DNA of 63,184 nt, counting the filler, from Stramenopiles sp. TOSAG23-3 (Eukaryota): assembly GCA_900128585.1 (NCBI GenBank). It is 12 parts of 12 records of this genome, joined end to end, with 100 filler letters (N's around TTAATTAATTAA, not from the genome) between each part and the next. Parts side by side here need not be neighbours in the genome. Positions count along the whole stretch, not along the records: positions 1 to 6,021 come from LT643392.1; positions 6,122 to 12,137 come from LT643393.1; 10 more parts are not named here. One strand, given 5' to 3'. Position 1 is the first letter of the stretch, and each line of letters starts with the position of its first letter. This document shows, piece after piece, positions 1 through 10,500 of this stretch. The position numbers were made by a program, and so were the translations under genes. Below the pieces are notes generated by a model that saw only the letters and a program-made list of their open reading frames with translations, was not told where the DNA came from and ran no database searches.

Positions 1-135
1 TCTTCTTCTTTCTTCTTCTTCTTTCTTCTTTCTTCTTTCTTCTTTCTTCTTTCTTCTTTCTTCTTTCTTCTTTCTTCTTCTTTCTTCTTTATTTTTTCTT
101 CTTCTTTCTTCTTTCTTCTTTATTTTTTCTTCTCC
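1..135. repeat. CTT/CTTT microsatellite at contig end
   Basis: Direct reading of a pyrimidine-only simple repeat. Confidence 0.95.
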
Positions 136-1245
136 TCCGTCGTATCCTTTTTCATAAATTAGAAAGAAGAAGATAAACAAAATATAGTTATAACTTCCTT
201 AATACTATTCTTATGTTATTCTTTTTCTATATGGATTCCATCGCATTCATTCATTCCCTTTTCCTTCTTTTTCTCTCTCTCTCTTCGATAGGAAGATATA
301 ATCTAATAGAATATGATCTATTCATTATAAGTATACATTCATTCTACTTTTCTTCCTTTTTTCTCCCAGGGAAGGAAAGGAAGGAATCAAATCAATTTGA
401 AGAATCCGAACTACAATTGATAGGAAACATTACTATAATACACTACTATATTTCATTATAAGTATACAACGAAAAGTTTCTCTCTTTTGGCTTTTGGAAC
501 GAATCAAAAAATAAAATACCATTTGATAGGATAACAATACCATATTGTTAGTTGTTTATAAGTACACTAAAGAAGAGAGGAAGGGTTACAATTTACAATT
601 ATATTCTGGTGGAAATCGAAACTATACTTATAATAATCAATACGTATACTAATACACTATTAATCCTATTCAAAAGGTTTCTTCCTTTACTTAGGGTTAG
701 GATATTAGGGTTCTGTCGTATTTCTGTGGTAGATCATTTTCCTTTTTAAGTATAGTTATTTATATAAATAAAGATAGAATGTATTTAATGAATGCTATTG
801 TATGTGTCTATAAGGAATATGATGTTATCATTTTTTCAATATAGCATATAATTCCTTATTGTATTAGAATTGGAGACACGACGATCTTTTTTTTGAATCT
901 TTTTGTTTGTTTTTTTCGGAGGAAAAAAAAGAAACAAAAGTGTATTATTTCTAGATTTTAACATATAGAAAGAAAGAAAGTGTATTTATTTTATTACGTT
1001 TTGTGTGCGGGTTGGTGTTCACGTTGAATAAAGAAAGACGGTTTGTTTTTTTAGGAGTGAGAGAAAGTGAGTCGGTGTTCGTGTTGTTCTTTCTTCTTTG
1101 TGTTGAGTGTGAGAGAGTGTGTGTGGTGTGAGTGAGTGAGTGAGCGTTGTGTCCTTGCCTGTGCCTGCCCTGCCCCGCCCTGCTTCATACGTATTTCCTT
1201 CCTTCCTTCCTCCGTGCCTGCCTCCGCGCTGACCTACTGTTGAAG

Positions 1246-3753
1246 ATGATTTCGGGTAGTTCGGGGAGTCGCGGGTCCACCATATCGGAGCGGAACGTCG
1301 ACACGGAAATTCTTGGAAAGAAGATTAAACTTCGGCGCCGAAAGAACCACCGGTTCACCCTGACGGGCCTTACCATAAGGGACGTGGAATTGTACAGCTA
1401 CGGCGAAAAGGGGTGCAACAAGTACTTCAACAAGGCCCTTGTCTTTTTGGGCGGGACCACCACGCACAAGGAAAGGGGGTGGATCATGTACGACATCGCG
1501 GACTCGCCCGTGTCGTTCGCATCGAACATCATCTTCCCCATGCTGATCGCCGACTTTGCCGGCCGGACGACCTGGCTCACGACGACCGACATCAGCCTGT
1601 TAGCAATAAATAGTATTATCAAGACCGTGCTCACGTTTTTCTTGTACCTCACCATTTCCAGCAGTGCGGAGTATGGGAGGCTCAAGACAAAGTTCCTCTT
1701 TGTGTCCGCCCACCTGGGCTCGTTGATGCTCATCCTTAGCCTTTTCGCGGTGGACGCGAGCACGTGGGGTATTGTTTTGGTGCTGATCCTGGACATCATG
1801 TCCAAAGTCTTTTACCGGGTGTGCAGCGTCGCCTACGACGCCCTGCTGTTCCAAGTGACCGAGGGGAACCCGGACCGGCAGCACATGGTCAACTCCCTCG
1901 CCGTCCTCGTCGGGTACTTGGCGATGGGGGTGGTCGGGATATTCATTGGCGGGGCCACCTTCGGGGTCAGCCTCCTGTTCTGGGAGCAGAACGACGACCC
2001 GGCCAAGGTCAGCGAAGAGTCGTTCCTGTCGATGACCTTTGTCCGGTACCGGCTCTTCATGGCCCTGTTGGGGGTCTGGTGGATATTTTTTACGCGAGAA
2101 GCCTTTCTCCTGTTCGGGTCGCTTCCCTACGGCATGCCTTACCCGCCGGGACTAACGGTCGACTTTTCTATGCCAAGGATCGACAACGACATGTCAAAGT
2201 CCATGGCGAGCATGAACCGGGACCGGAGCCTTACCAATACCATACCGGGCTTTGAGCTTCCCCCCTCCGCGTTCGCCCCAACCCCATCGGCCACGACGAC
2301 GACGATGAGCGGCAGCAGCGACGGTATTGAATTAACTGAAATAACAGTCAAAGATAATGAAGAAAAAATAGAAACAGACGAGGCTGGGAAAGTACCCGAC
2401 CATGGCGAGGGCGCGGTGGCGGGCACAAAGCACGGGAACTGCCAGGACGACGCGACGAGCGAAGGGAAAGGGGCCGAGGAGGAGGAGGCGGAGGAGGAGG
2501 GCGACCTGGTGCCCGAGTCGAAGGACGGGGAGGAGGCCAACATAGAAGTTGGCGAANNNNNNNNNNNNNNNNNNNNNNNNNTGGTGCCCGAGTCGAAGGA
2601 CGGGGAGGAGGCCAACATAGAAGTTGGCGAAGAAGATCCTGGGGCGGCCCTGGAGGAGGAGGAAGAGGGAAATGAGGAGGGGGACGGCGAGGGCGAGGAA
2701 GAGACGGGGGCAGGGGCGAAGGGCCCAGCAGGGGAAGGGGAGGACGGCAAGGAGCGCACGAGCGAAGGGAGCGGCCGGTCGTCATCTCCGACCATGTTGG
2801 CCTCTGCCCAGTCCCTGTACAACATGGTGGCGGGCACTAACTTTGTCGGGCAGGAGGATGAGGTGTTGAAAGACCACAGCTGTTTGGCCATCGGAAAGTT
2901 CGCGTTCGTGCAAGGGTTTGTCGAGGTGGCGAGGACTTTTTTCATCATATTCCACAAAGGGATGAAGGACCTGGCAGGGTTCATGATTGCCCTGATGATG
3001 ATCACGGACGGGATGTCGTCGGTCACCTCCAACATCGTGCTCGTGGCCACGAAGAAGTGGAAGCTACAGACGATGTGGCTCGCGATTTCTGTCGTGTGCG
3101 CGGGGCTGAGCGCCGTCGCGGGCATCTTTTGCTTTCGAAAGGCGATAAAACGGAAAATGATCCGGACCTTCAACGTCCTCAAGCTGAACGTAATCATGAT
3201 GGTCGTGGCGATCCTGTGGATGTCGTTCCTCGAATTCCCCGTCCTCGAGGGGGAAACCGTCGCCGTGCCCAACAGCACGGCGACCAAGACGTTGGAGCCG
3301 GAAAAGGTCAAGTGGACCGAAGACCGGGTGGGCCACCACTTGCTTCTGATATTTCTAGGGTCGGTGTTCATGTTCAACTACGTCAGCTTCAATGCGTTCA
3401 TGAAGTCGAGCATATGCTCGCTTACCCCAGAGCACATGCAGTCCAGCGTGTTTGCCATTTGCGAGCTGACCCAGAAGGGCGCGTCGGTGTTCGGCCCCTT
3501 GCTGATATTGTTCTTGAGCGATAACGTGGAGAACGAGAACCAGTGGAAGGTTGTGCTGTGGGTGTCCTGCGGTCTGTTGGTGTGCGGAACCCCATTTTTG
3601 TTCATAGTAGACGAGAAACGGGGCCATAACCTCGCAGAAAAAATCGACCACAAACGGTTAGCTTTGTTGAAAGCCAACGCACGGGAGAGGATCGCAAGCG
3701 ACATGGACGACGACCTCGACGACCTGATCGACAAAAATGTCGCAACGCCGTAA
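1246..3753 (+). CDS. MFS transporter, Atg22/UMF1-like, with a long acidic central loop (contains an N gap)
   Basis: The motif RGWIMYDIADSP resembles the Atg22/UMF1 W-x-x-Y-D-x-A-N-S motif. There are two blocks of hydrophobic TM segments and a C-terminal KGASVFGPLL. First ATG is at 1246. Confidence 0.75.
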   Translation: MISGSSGSRGSTISERNVDTEILGKKIKLRRRKNHRFTLTGLTIRDVELYSYGEKGCNKYFNKALVFLGGTTTHKERGWIMYDIADSPVSFASNIIFPMLIADFAGRTTWLTTTDISLLAINSIIKTVLTFFLYLTISSSAEYGRLKTKFLFVSAHLGSLMLILSLFAVDASTWGIVLVLILDIMSKVFYRVCSVAYDALLFQVTEGNPDRQHMVNSLAVLVGYLAMGVVGIFIGGATFGVSLLFWEQNDDPAKVSEESFLSMTFVRYRLFMALLGVWWIFFTREAFLLFGSLPYGMPYPPGLTVDFSMPRIDNDMSKSMASMNRDRSLTNTIPGFELPPSAFAPTPSATTTTMSGSSDGIELTEITVKDNEEKIETDEAGKVPDHGEGAVAGTKHGNCQDDATSEGKGAEEEEAEEEGDLVPESKDGEEANIEVGEXXXXXXXXXVPESKDGEEANIEVGEEDPGAALEEEEEGNEEGDGEGEEETGAGAKGPAGEGEDGKERTSEGSGRSSSPTMLASAQSLYNMVAGTNFVGQEDEVLKDHSCLAIGKFAFVQGFVEVARTFFIIFHKGMKDLAGFMIALMMITDGMSSVTSNIVLVATKKWKLQTMWLAISVVCAGLSAVAGIFCFRKAIKRKMIRTFNVLKLNVIMMVVAILWMSFLEFPVLEGETVAVPNSTATKTLEPEKVKWTEDRVGHHLLLIFLGSVFMFNYVSFNAFMKSSICSLTPEHMQSSVFAICELTQKGASVFGPLLILFLSDNVENENQWKVVLWVSCGLLVCGTPFLFIVDEKRGHNLAEKIDHKRLALLKANARERIASDMDDDLDDLIDKNVATP

Positions 3754-3780
3754 TGAAATGTTATCATAACATTATATCAT

Positions 3781-3810
3781 AAAAACAAGAAAAATTGGCT
3801 GTTATTTTAA
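3781..3810 (+). repeat. 3'-intergenic repeat module A
   Basis: AAAAACAAGAAAAATTGGCTGTTATTTTAA, 28 bp after the MFS stop. It matches copies on other contigs. Confidence 0.85.
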
Positions 3811-3839
3811 TAGTAATTAAAATTAAAGAAAAAAGAAGT

Positions 3840-3886
3840 GTGTCAGTTCAAGAACAATATCTCCTCCTATTGCAGATCCTCCCCAA
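3840..3886 (+). repeat. 47-bp dispersed repeat (module E)
   Basis: Exact reverse complement of 34197-34243, which is on another contig. Confidence 0.9.
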
Positions 3887-4135
3887 GTTCTGGTCAAGAT
3901 TCCAATTTATTGGTCTTAGGTACTGCTCAATGAAATAATGATCGGTATTGCGTTTGATCGTTTCGTATCAAAAAAAAAAACAAATTATATATTGAGAATT
4001 AGTTCTTTTATTTACTTCGGTTCTTTAAAAAAAAAGAAGAGAGAGGGAGGAAATTATGTTTTTAATCAATATGCATATAATATATGTTTTATTTTAATTT
4101 CTTTGATATGGCATATTGGCTATTTGTGCTTTTCT

Positions 4136-5287
4136 CTAGTCCGCGGTCAACAGTCTCAGAAGGACGTTCGCAGGGCTCCTCTGCCGGGGCAAGACCTGCT
4201 CTTGCTGGGCGTCGCGCAACGGCGTCTTGGCAGTCCTGTGTTCGTTCGGTTTTCCGGCAGGGGGTACGGGCCTTGCGGTTGTTCCGGCCTCCTGGTTCTC
4301 GTCCATACCCGTCGCCAGCTGCGCGATGCTATTGCCTTTACTAATGCCCCCCGCCCCCATTCGTCCCCCTCTGACAAACGTGCTGCTGCTGTGGCCGTTC
4401 GACGTGAACGCGCGGATGAAGGCGGCGGATTGCCCCTTGGTCTGCGTGAGCCCCCGGACCTGCTCGCTCGAGGACCCGGCCTGGTAGTGCGAAGTCTCAT
4501 GGAGCACTTTGCTGAGCGCCCGGCGTTGCTTCTCCAAACTTTCCCCGTTCTTGCGGCTTCTATCCAGCGCTTCGTATATTTGATCTACCTGTACGACCAG
4601 CTTTTTGATCGAGTCCGTCATCGTCTTGCGAAGTTCGACCTGTTCCTCTACCACTATCGGGGCCTCCTCCTCCTCCAACGTCGATGCGTTCGGCCCCGAC
4701 TCGCCGTCCTCCTCCTCCCCCGCGGCCGCCCTCGCGTACGGCCTGGCCTCCTCGTCCGCTTTTCGCCACGACACTTTCTCCCTTTCGAACTTTTCGATCA
4801 GGGAGCCCAGGACGGCCTCTCGGGCGCGCAAGTGCTCGTTCGCGGGCAAGGACTTCAAGGCCGGGGCGTTCATTTTTCGGCGCGTTTCCATCTGCTGTGC
4901 GGACGCGACCAGGACGCTCCGCGCGCGTGCGGAGAACTCCCCGCAGGCAGTGGACGCCAGGGCGTTGAAAAAGCCGAACGGACCATCGGCCGCGTAGGTC
5001 TTGTTCACAGTGTTTCCTTCATCGCGGACAACGTTTTGAAACAGACGAATCAGGCGCTCGGCGTCTTGCTCGTACGACGTCGGCCCGCCCGGGTGGTTCC
5101 CACGCACCGAGGGGTTGCAAATGGTCCCTGGGTACGCCGGCAAGTCCGGCGACATGGTCTGCCTCGAGATTTTCTTCTTCTGCGGGGGCACGGAATGCGA
5201 AGCGTCGTCGTCATTGTTGCTGCTGCTGGTGGTGCTCGGTTTCTTTCGTTTTTTAAACACAAAGCCATTGACGTTGAAAGTCGCCAT
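4136..5287 (-). CDS. Putative kinetochore DSN1/Mis13-like coiled-coil protein
   Basis: The N-terminal NGFVFKKRKK resembles the DGF-x-F/Y-KR motif of Dsn1 homologs. LPANEHLRAREAVLGSLIEKFEREKVSW resembles the Dsn1 PNPxN...ExxxW coiled coil. Similarity judged by eye. Confidence 0.45.
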   Translation of the reverse strand: MATFNVNGFVFKKRKKPSTTSSSNNDDDASHSVPPQKKKISRQTMSPDLPAYPGTICNPSVRGNHPGGPTSYEQDAERLIRLFQNVVRDEGNTVNKTYAADGPFGFFNALASTACGEFSARARSVLVASAQQMETRRKMNAPALKSLPANEHLRAREAVLGSLIEKFEREKVSWRKADEEARPYARAAAGEEEDGESGPNASTLEEEEAPIVVEEQVELRKTMTDSIKKLVVQVDQIYEALDRSRKNGESLEKQRRALSKVLHETSHYQAGSSSEQVRGLTQTKGQSAAFIRAFTSNGHSSSTFVRGGRMGAGGISKGNSIAQLATGMDENQEAGTTARPVPPAGKPNEHRTAKTPLRDAQQEQVLPRQRSPANVLLRLLTAD

Positions 5288-5739
5288 GGTTCAGTTCAGT
5301 CCAAATTCAAACAAAACTCTGGGGAGGAGGAACAGACAAGAAACACGCGTGGTGGGTGAGAGGGATAAATTCGTGGATGATTGATCAAACACCAAATATA
5401 ATTTTTTCTCTCTCTCTCTCTGCCTCTTTCTCTCTCTCCATAGTAGCGAACGAATAAATGAATTGAATCGATGTTTATTTACTATACCTCCTCTTTTCAA
5501 TTTATCAATATGTAAGCGGCTATAATTATTTCAATTTCAATTTCAATTTTTTTTAATTTCAATTTTTTATTTATTTATAATTATTCCTCCTCTTCTTCTT
5601 CTTCTTCTTTTTTTTTTAAAATTATTATTATTTAATGTTATAATAGGAAGAAGAACAATTGAATACTACAAAACTAACATACAAATAATAAGAAGAGAGA
5701 GTCAAGTCTAAATGGAGTATTTTGTAATCTATAAGCATT

Positions 5740-5907
5740 GAAAGAAAAGAAAAGAAGAAGAAAGAAAAGAAGAAGAATGGAAAAGAAAAGAAAAGAAGAA
5801 GAAAGAAAAGAAGAAGAATGGAAAAGAAAGAAAGAGTCGAAAGAAAGAAAAGAAGAAGAATGGAAAAGAAAGAAAGAGTCGAAAGAAAGAAAAGAAGAAG
5901 AATGGAA

Positions 5908-5939
<32 letters not shown>

Positions 5940-5972
5940 GTCGAAAGAAAGAAAGAAAGAAAGAAAGAAAGT

Positions 5973-6020
<48 letters not shown>

Positions 6021-6021
6021 A
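5740..6021. repeat. Compound (AAAG)n/(GAA)n microsatellite with higher-order GAATGG/GAGTCG interruptions
   Basis: Direct reading. The same GAGTCGAAAG-interrupted repeat occurs in reverse at 36677-36755. Confidence 0.9.
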
Positions 6022-6121
6022 NNNNNNNNNNNNNNNNNNNNNNNNNNNNNNNNNNNNNNNNNNNNTTAATTAATTAANNNNNNNNNNNNNNNNNNNNNNN
6101 NNNNNNNNNNNNNNNNNNNNN
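6022..6121. other. Artificial contig linker N44-TTAATTAATTAA-N44 (first of 11)
   Basis: The same 100-nt spacer, with stops in all six frames, also occurs at 12138-12237, 18250-18349, 24361-24460, 30471-30570, 36577-36676, 42675-42774, 48773-48872, 54870-54969, 60965-61064 and 62075-62174. The contigs between them decrease in length. Confidence 0.98.
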
Positions 6122-6123
6122 CA

Positions 6124-6837
6124 AGGAATGCGAAACTGGGTACTATGCAGTACTATATGTCTGTCATGGGCGGGAAGGAAGGGATGAGCAAGCACATGAA
6201 AGGAGAAAAGATAGGCTTGCGGACTTGGCTCATGCCGGACCAAGTGGAAGAAATAGCGCAGACCCCCAAATGCAAAGTTGGAAAGGAGTTTCGAATGATG
6301 ATGGAGTGTGCCCTGGAAGAGTGCTTTTCTCCAGCCGCGGAAATTCTGAAACGGAACATGAACGACCTCCCGGTGCCATCAAGGGAGGATTTTATCGCGA
6401 TGTTTCCTGTGTACAAAAACGAAGCGCAGCTGCGGAAGAAACCGATAGTAGAGTTCATTGCGTGGACGTACGAAATGAACAAAATCGTGTCTCGGGAGTG
6501 GAGCCAGGGTGAATTTTCGCGCGTTCATGGGTCGATAGATTTTCCGATCATCCTGAACAAATATTTGATCATGATGCTGGACAAAGTGAAAGAAGAAATC
6601 ACAATGCTTACCTCCAGCGAGTTCAGTTTCAACCTTATTTCTACCTCCGAAGAGTACACCAAGATCCAAAAAATGGTAACCCAACAACTGGAAGAGAATT
6701 CACCGAAGCAAGGCAGCACTTCGCCAGCGAAGGGGGAACCAAAGAGCGAAAAGAAGAATGGCAAAAAGTACATTGCCGGTGCGGCGGCAGGCGCAATGGG
6801 TACAGCTGTATTGGCCTCGGTTGTCTCGGAACGGTAA
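6124..6837 (+). CDS. Hypothetical protein, probably 5'-partial, with a C-terminal hydrophobic tail
   Basis: The frame is open from the contig start and has coding-like composition, followed by an AT-rich 3' region. No family recognised. Confidence 0.6.
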   Translation, partial: RNAKLGTMQYYMSVMGGKEGMSKHMKGEKIGLRTWLMPDQVEEIAQTPKCKVGKEFRMMMECALEECFSPAAEILKRNMNDLPVPSREDFIAMFPVYKNEAQLRKKPIVEFIAWTYEMNKIVSREWSQGEFSRVHGSIDFPIILNKYLIMMLDKVKEEITMLTSSEFSFNLISTSEEYTKIQKMVTQQLEENSPKQGSTSPAKGEPKSEKKNGKKYIAGAAAGAMGTAVLASVVSER

Positions 6838-7509
6838 ACCGTAGATCTAATTCTTTATTGCTTTAATAGACTCTAACTTATCCCTTTAAGCGTACTAATG
6901 ACCAATTAGTCTACTATTTGACGTATAAATTTATATCTTCACCCATAAGCTTCCCAGGTACGGGTACCGTATTATTTCAATGTAAATAGTCGTTCTAGCA
7001 ATTCGATTTATGTACAATGTACAATCCAAACTCTAAATGAAATTTTCATTTTTTACATTTTAACATAAACACACCATTGATATTAAATATATATAATGTA
7101 CATGTAACGAATCGAACATATTTATTATATGAAACTATTGATTAACAACATAGCATAGCAATAGAACTGACTCCTCAATATAAATATTTATTGAATGGAC
7201 GAACGGACGGACGGAGGACATGGAAGAAGAGGAGATGTGAGATCAATGGTATTATTGTTGTATTATTATTATTATTATATAATTATTATATATAGTGTGT
7301 ATAAAATATCTATTTTGTTTTGTCTTAGTATTATTATTCGATTTTTTATATACTTTTTATTATAATAAAATCATGTCATGGGTAGAGAAGGAATGGAATG
7401 AAAATGGGAAAGTTTGGAGAATGTGGAATTTATGACCAGCTTACCACGATCTAACGGGAAAGTGTGAACGCATTGGACGAATATATATTCTCTATACATT
7501 GCTTTCCCC

Positions 7510-10500
7510 ATGGCAGCTAAGCATAGTAGAAAACACATCTGGTGGTGGGCGGTGGCATTGGCAACCCTGGGCTTTCTTGCCGGGCCCGCTTCTGCCGAGT
7601 GCAAATCGGGGGAATCCCCTTTCGAAGCGTCCCAACTTAAGTTGCTCTCGCCGGACTTTCAACCGCTGCCTTCCTGCACTAGCTACTGCACGGGGGACAT
7701 AAAGCCATCGTGCGTAAACCGAACGCTGCAGATCAGCACCCTTCCACCGTGCGCCGCGACGGTCACGAAGCTCTGCCAAGGAGAAAGGAAAAACGCGTCC
7801 TTTCAGCTCGGGGCGGACCTGTACTCCTGCGACCAGATCGATTCTAACGGGGCCGACTTGGTGACCCGATTGTGCAGGGAAACTGAGGATGACAAAGAGC
7901 AGAAGGACATTGTCCGGCAGCTCGAGTATGGCATTCTTACCACCTTTGCCGCCGTGTCCATGGGCCTTGCGCTCTTGCTATGCTTCATCACGTACCTCCC
8001 CTGGAAACGGTACGCTGCCAGCGCCCAGGGCAACACCGGCGGCGCTAAAAAGGATGCTGAAGTGGGTGGCAACTACGACAAGAGCACCTTTTTTTCGTTG
8101 GAAAAACCCGAGCTTCACTACCAATACCACGATTTCAACCCCATCACGTATGGCCTCCAATTGCCCATGGTAATACGACTGCACGAAGTCCTAGTCGACA
8201 TGTTTAAGGACGTCGGAGGCGAGGCCCAGCCCTGGAACCGGAAAGGCTGGACCAAGGAGAAGCAGAAAGGAGCAAAGAATGATTTTGACAAAGAATGGGG
8301 CCTCGAAGAAATTTGGGCCACGATCACCAACCAAGGCCAAAACGACAAGATCCTCTTTTGGTCGCGGTCTCCTTACCAAACTAAGAAGCATTCCATAAGG
8401 CAAATGAAAGAGACGTTCTTGGAGGCCATTTCGATGGTGAGCGAAGAGCTTCGGCAGGAACCTTTCATCGAGAGTAATTTAGATAAACTTTTCGATGATG
8501 GATGCATTGACAGCGACAGCAAATTTAGAATGATGAACACGCAGAAGAATAAAGAGAACGGCAAAAAAGGCATTGATGAGATCGACTTTATCGCGATGAT
8601 GAACACGAAGAAAAATAAAGAGAACGGCAAAAACGGCATTGACGAGATCGACTTTATTGCCTGGTACCTCTCGCAATACCGGAAAATGCACGAAACTGCC
8701 GTGCGCAAAAAATGGGCTGGGTGCGTTGTCAATGTGCGAGGGCTGGGGTTATGCGCTTGTTGGGTTTTCATCATCATGTTTATACTGATTGCAATTATTT
8801 CCATTGAATTGCTAGAAGACGAAGCCACCGACGAGTTGAGGAAATCCATACATGTCATGGGGGAAGATTCGAACTATTCGTACATTATGCCTACGGTGAC
8901 CCCCTTGGACTATTCATTTTCTGGCAACACGGCCTGCGGGACTGTCGAGACACTGTTCTACAAGATCGGGGCGTTCGCTTGCATCCCGTTGGCAATTATG
9001 GTCCATTTCTTAGTCGACTTTTTTGCCGGCCTGAACAAAGTGTCGCACCACCGCAGGCCCATCGAATGTTGCCGAGGGTTGCTGAGGATGCTTGGATGCA
9101 GGAAGCAAGTCCAGGGCGAAGAGAATCACGTAAACGAGTTGCACTGGCTTTTCTGTGAAGCGGATCTGACGTACTTTCTGTTCGAAGGTGGCCTATTTCA
9201 CTTGCGCGAGACAACGTGTGTGACCTAATGTTGGAGCGCTTGAAAGGGGACGAGGTGCTCTTGAAAAAATTGTCGAACGAAACAAAATTTTGGGAAGGGT
9301 TAAAAAAAGATGTGGTCGATGTCGTTTGGACACTGACCAACCGGGATAGTATTGGTATCAACTATGTCGACGGCGTGGTGGCGGCCAAACACGAGATCCT
9401 ACCCATAGATCGCAGCATCGACGGTCCCAACACAATTACGTACTACCTGCTGCTACTATCTGTAATGTCCGACACTTACGATTTGAGCGCTTTCAGTTTT
9501 CGCCCGCAAATCCCGTGGTCTGGCCCAGAAGTTTTGAAAGCGCAGCTGAGCCTTCCCGACTTTCTTACTTGGGCTCCTCGACAAATACACAAACTAAAAG
9601 AACTGTTTAAGCCGCTGCTGTTTTGGTACAGCATGAACATATTCCACATCTCGTTTATCATGTGCACGTTGTTGCTGTGCTCTCACACGCTGCTGATTTT
9701 TTTGAGACAGCAGGACTTCTCTGAGAAGCTCAAGGCCCTATCCGAGCGGCTAATACCAGACCAAAAGCTGAATGCAGCGACCTTCTTCATCCGAAATACC
9801 GCAGCAATGATGATTTTTCCGAAAATTATGAGTGCCTGGGAATGCACGTACGACGGGTACGCCATTAGTTTTGATGCCGTCCAAGGGCAACGTTGCTGGA
9901 CCGACCCAAACCACCTTACCTATGCTGCCCTTGCGATGTTCATGATGGCCCCGTATTACTTTACAATGCTGCTGGAGCGTTTTGATAGCAACGATCGGCA
10001 AAGTGTTATTATTTTAAACGAAGATTGGAGCATGGTAGATGTGCAGCTGAAAGTGTTGATGGCAACTTTCTCGACAATGATGAAAGACAGGTTTCCGTTT
10101 CTTTTGCCAATTGTGCTCCTACTGTCAAATTCTCTGATGTTGTACTACCGACAGTCTGTGATCTGCGTGAACATATCCAAGCTGCACTTCTACCGGACAT
10201 TTGGATTGGTATGGAGTTGGTGGACTTCCTTTATTGCCACGTTTACTGCGTTTATGAAAGTTTACGCTGTCTCACCGGTCACTCGAGCGTGGCTTCCGTT
10301 TTTGGCCCTGTTCGTTGGGTACATAGTAATTGCTGTTAGCGGGTTTCGAAAGTACCGGGCAAATTTTGAGAGATCGAAAGTCATAAAAGAGGAAACAAGG
10401 TTTGCTGCGTCGAAGAATGGGTCCAAATGGCTCACTCTGGAGTCGATCTTGTTGCGCAGTTTGAACTACAACAACGTAGCCAGACTGTGTGCACATGTTC

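Noticed and set aside
691-712. TTAGGG telomere-like motifs (also about 24137 and 43068)
   Set aside because: Only 1-2 units, internal to contigs, so these are not telomeres.
2507-2631. 50-bp exact duplication inside the MFS gene
   Set aside because: The copies sit on either side of an N gap, which is typical of an unmerged scaffold overlap.
2139-5359. Long antisense ORFs (2139-3377, 3938-5359; also 44436-45743)
   Set aside because: They are shadows of GC-rich genes on the opposite strand and have no recognisable motifs.
5738-6069. Lys/Arg/Glu-rich ORFs (also 57602-57893)
   Set aside because: They are translations of (AAAG)n/(GAA)n microsatellites.
6066-6077. Palindromic TTAATTAATTAA recurring every ~6.1 kb
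   Set aside because: It is always centred in 44+44 Ns, so it is an artificial concatenation linker. The periodicity reflects length-sorted contigs.
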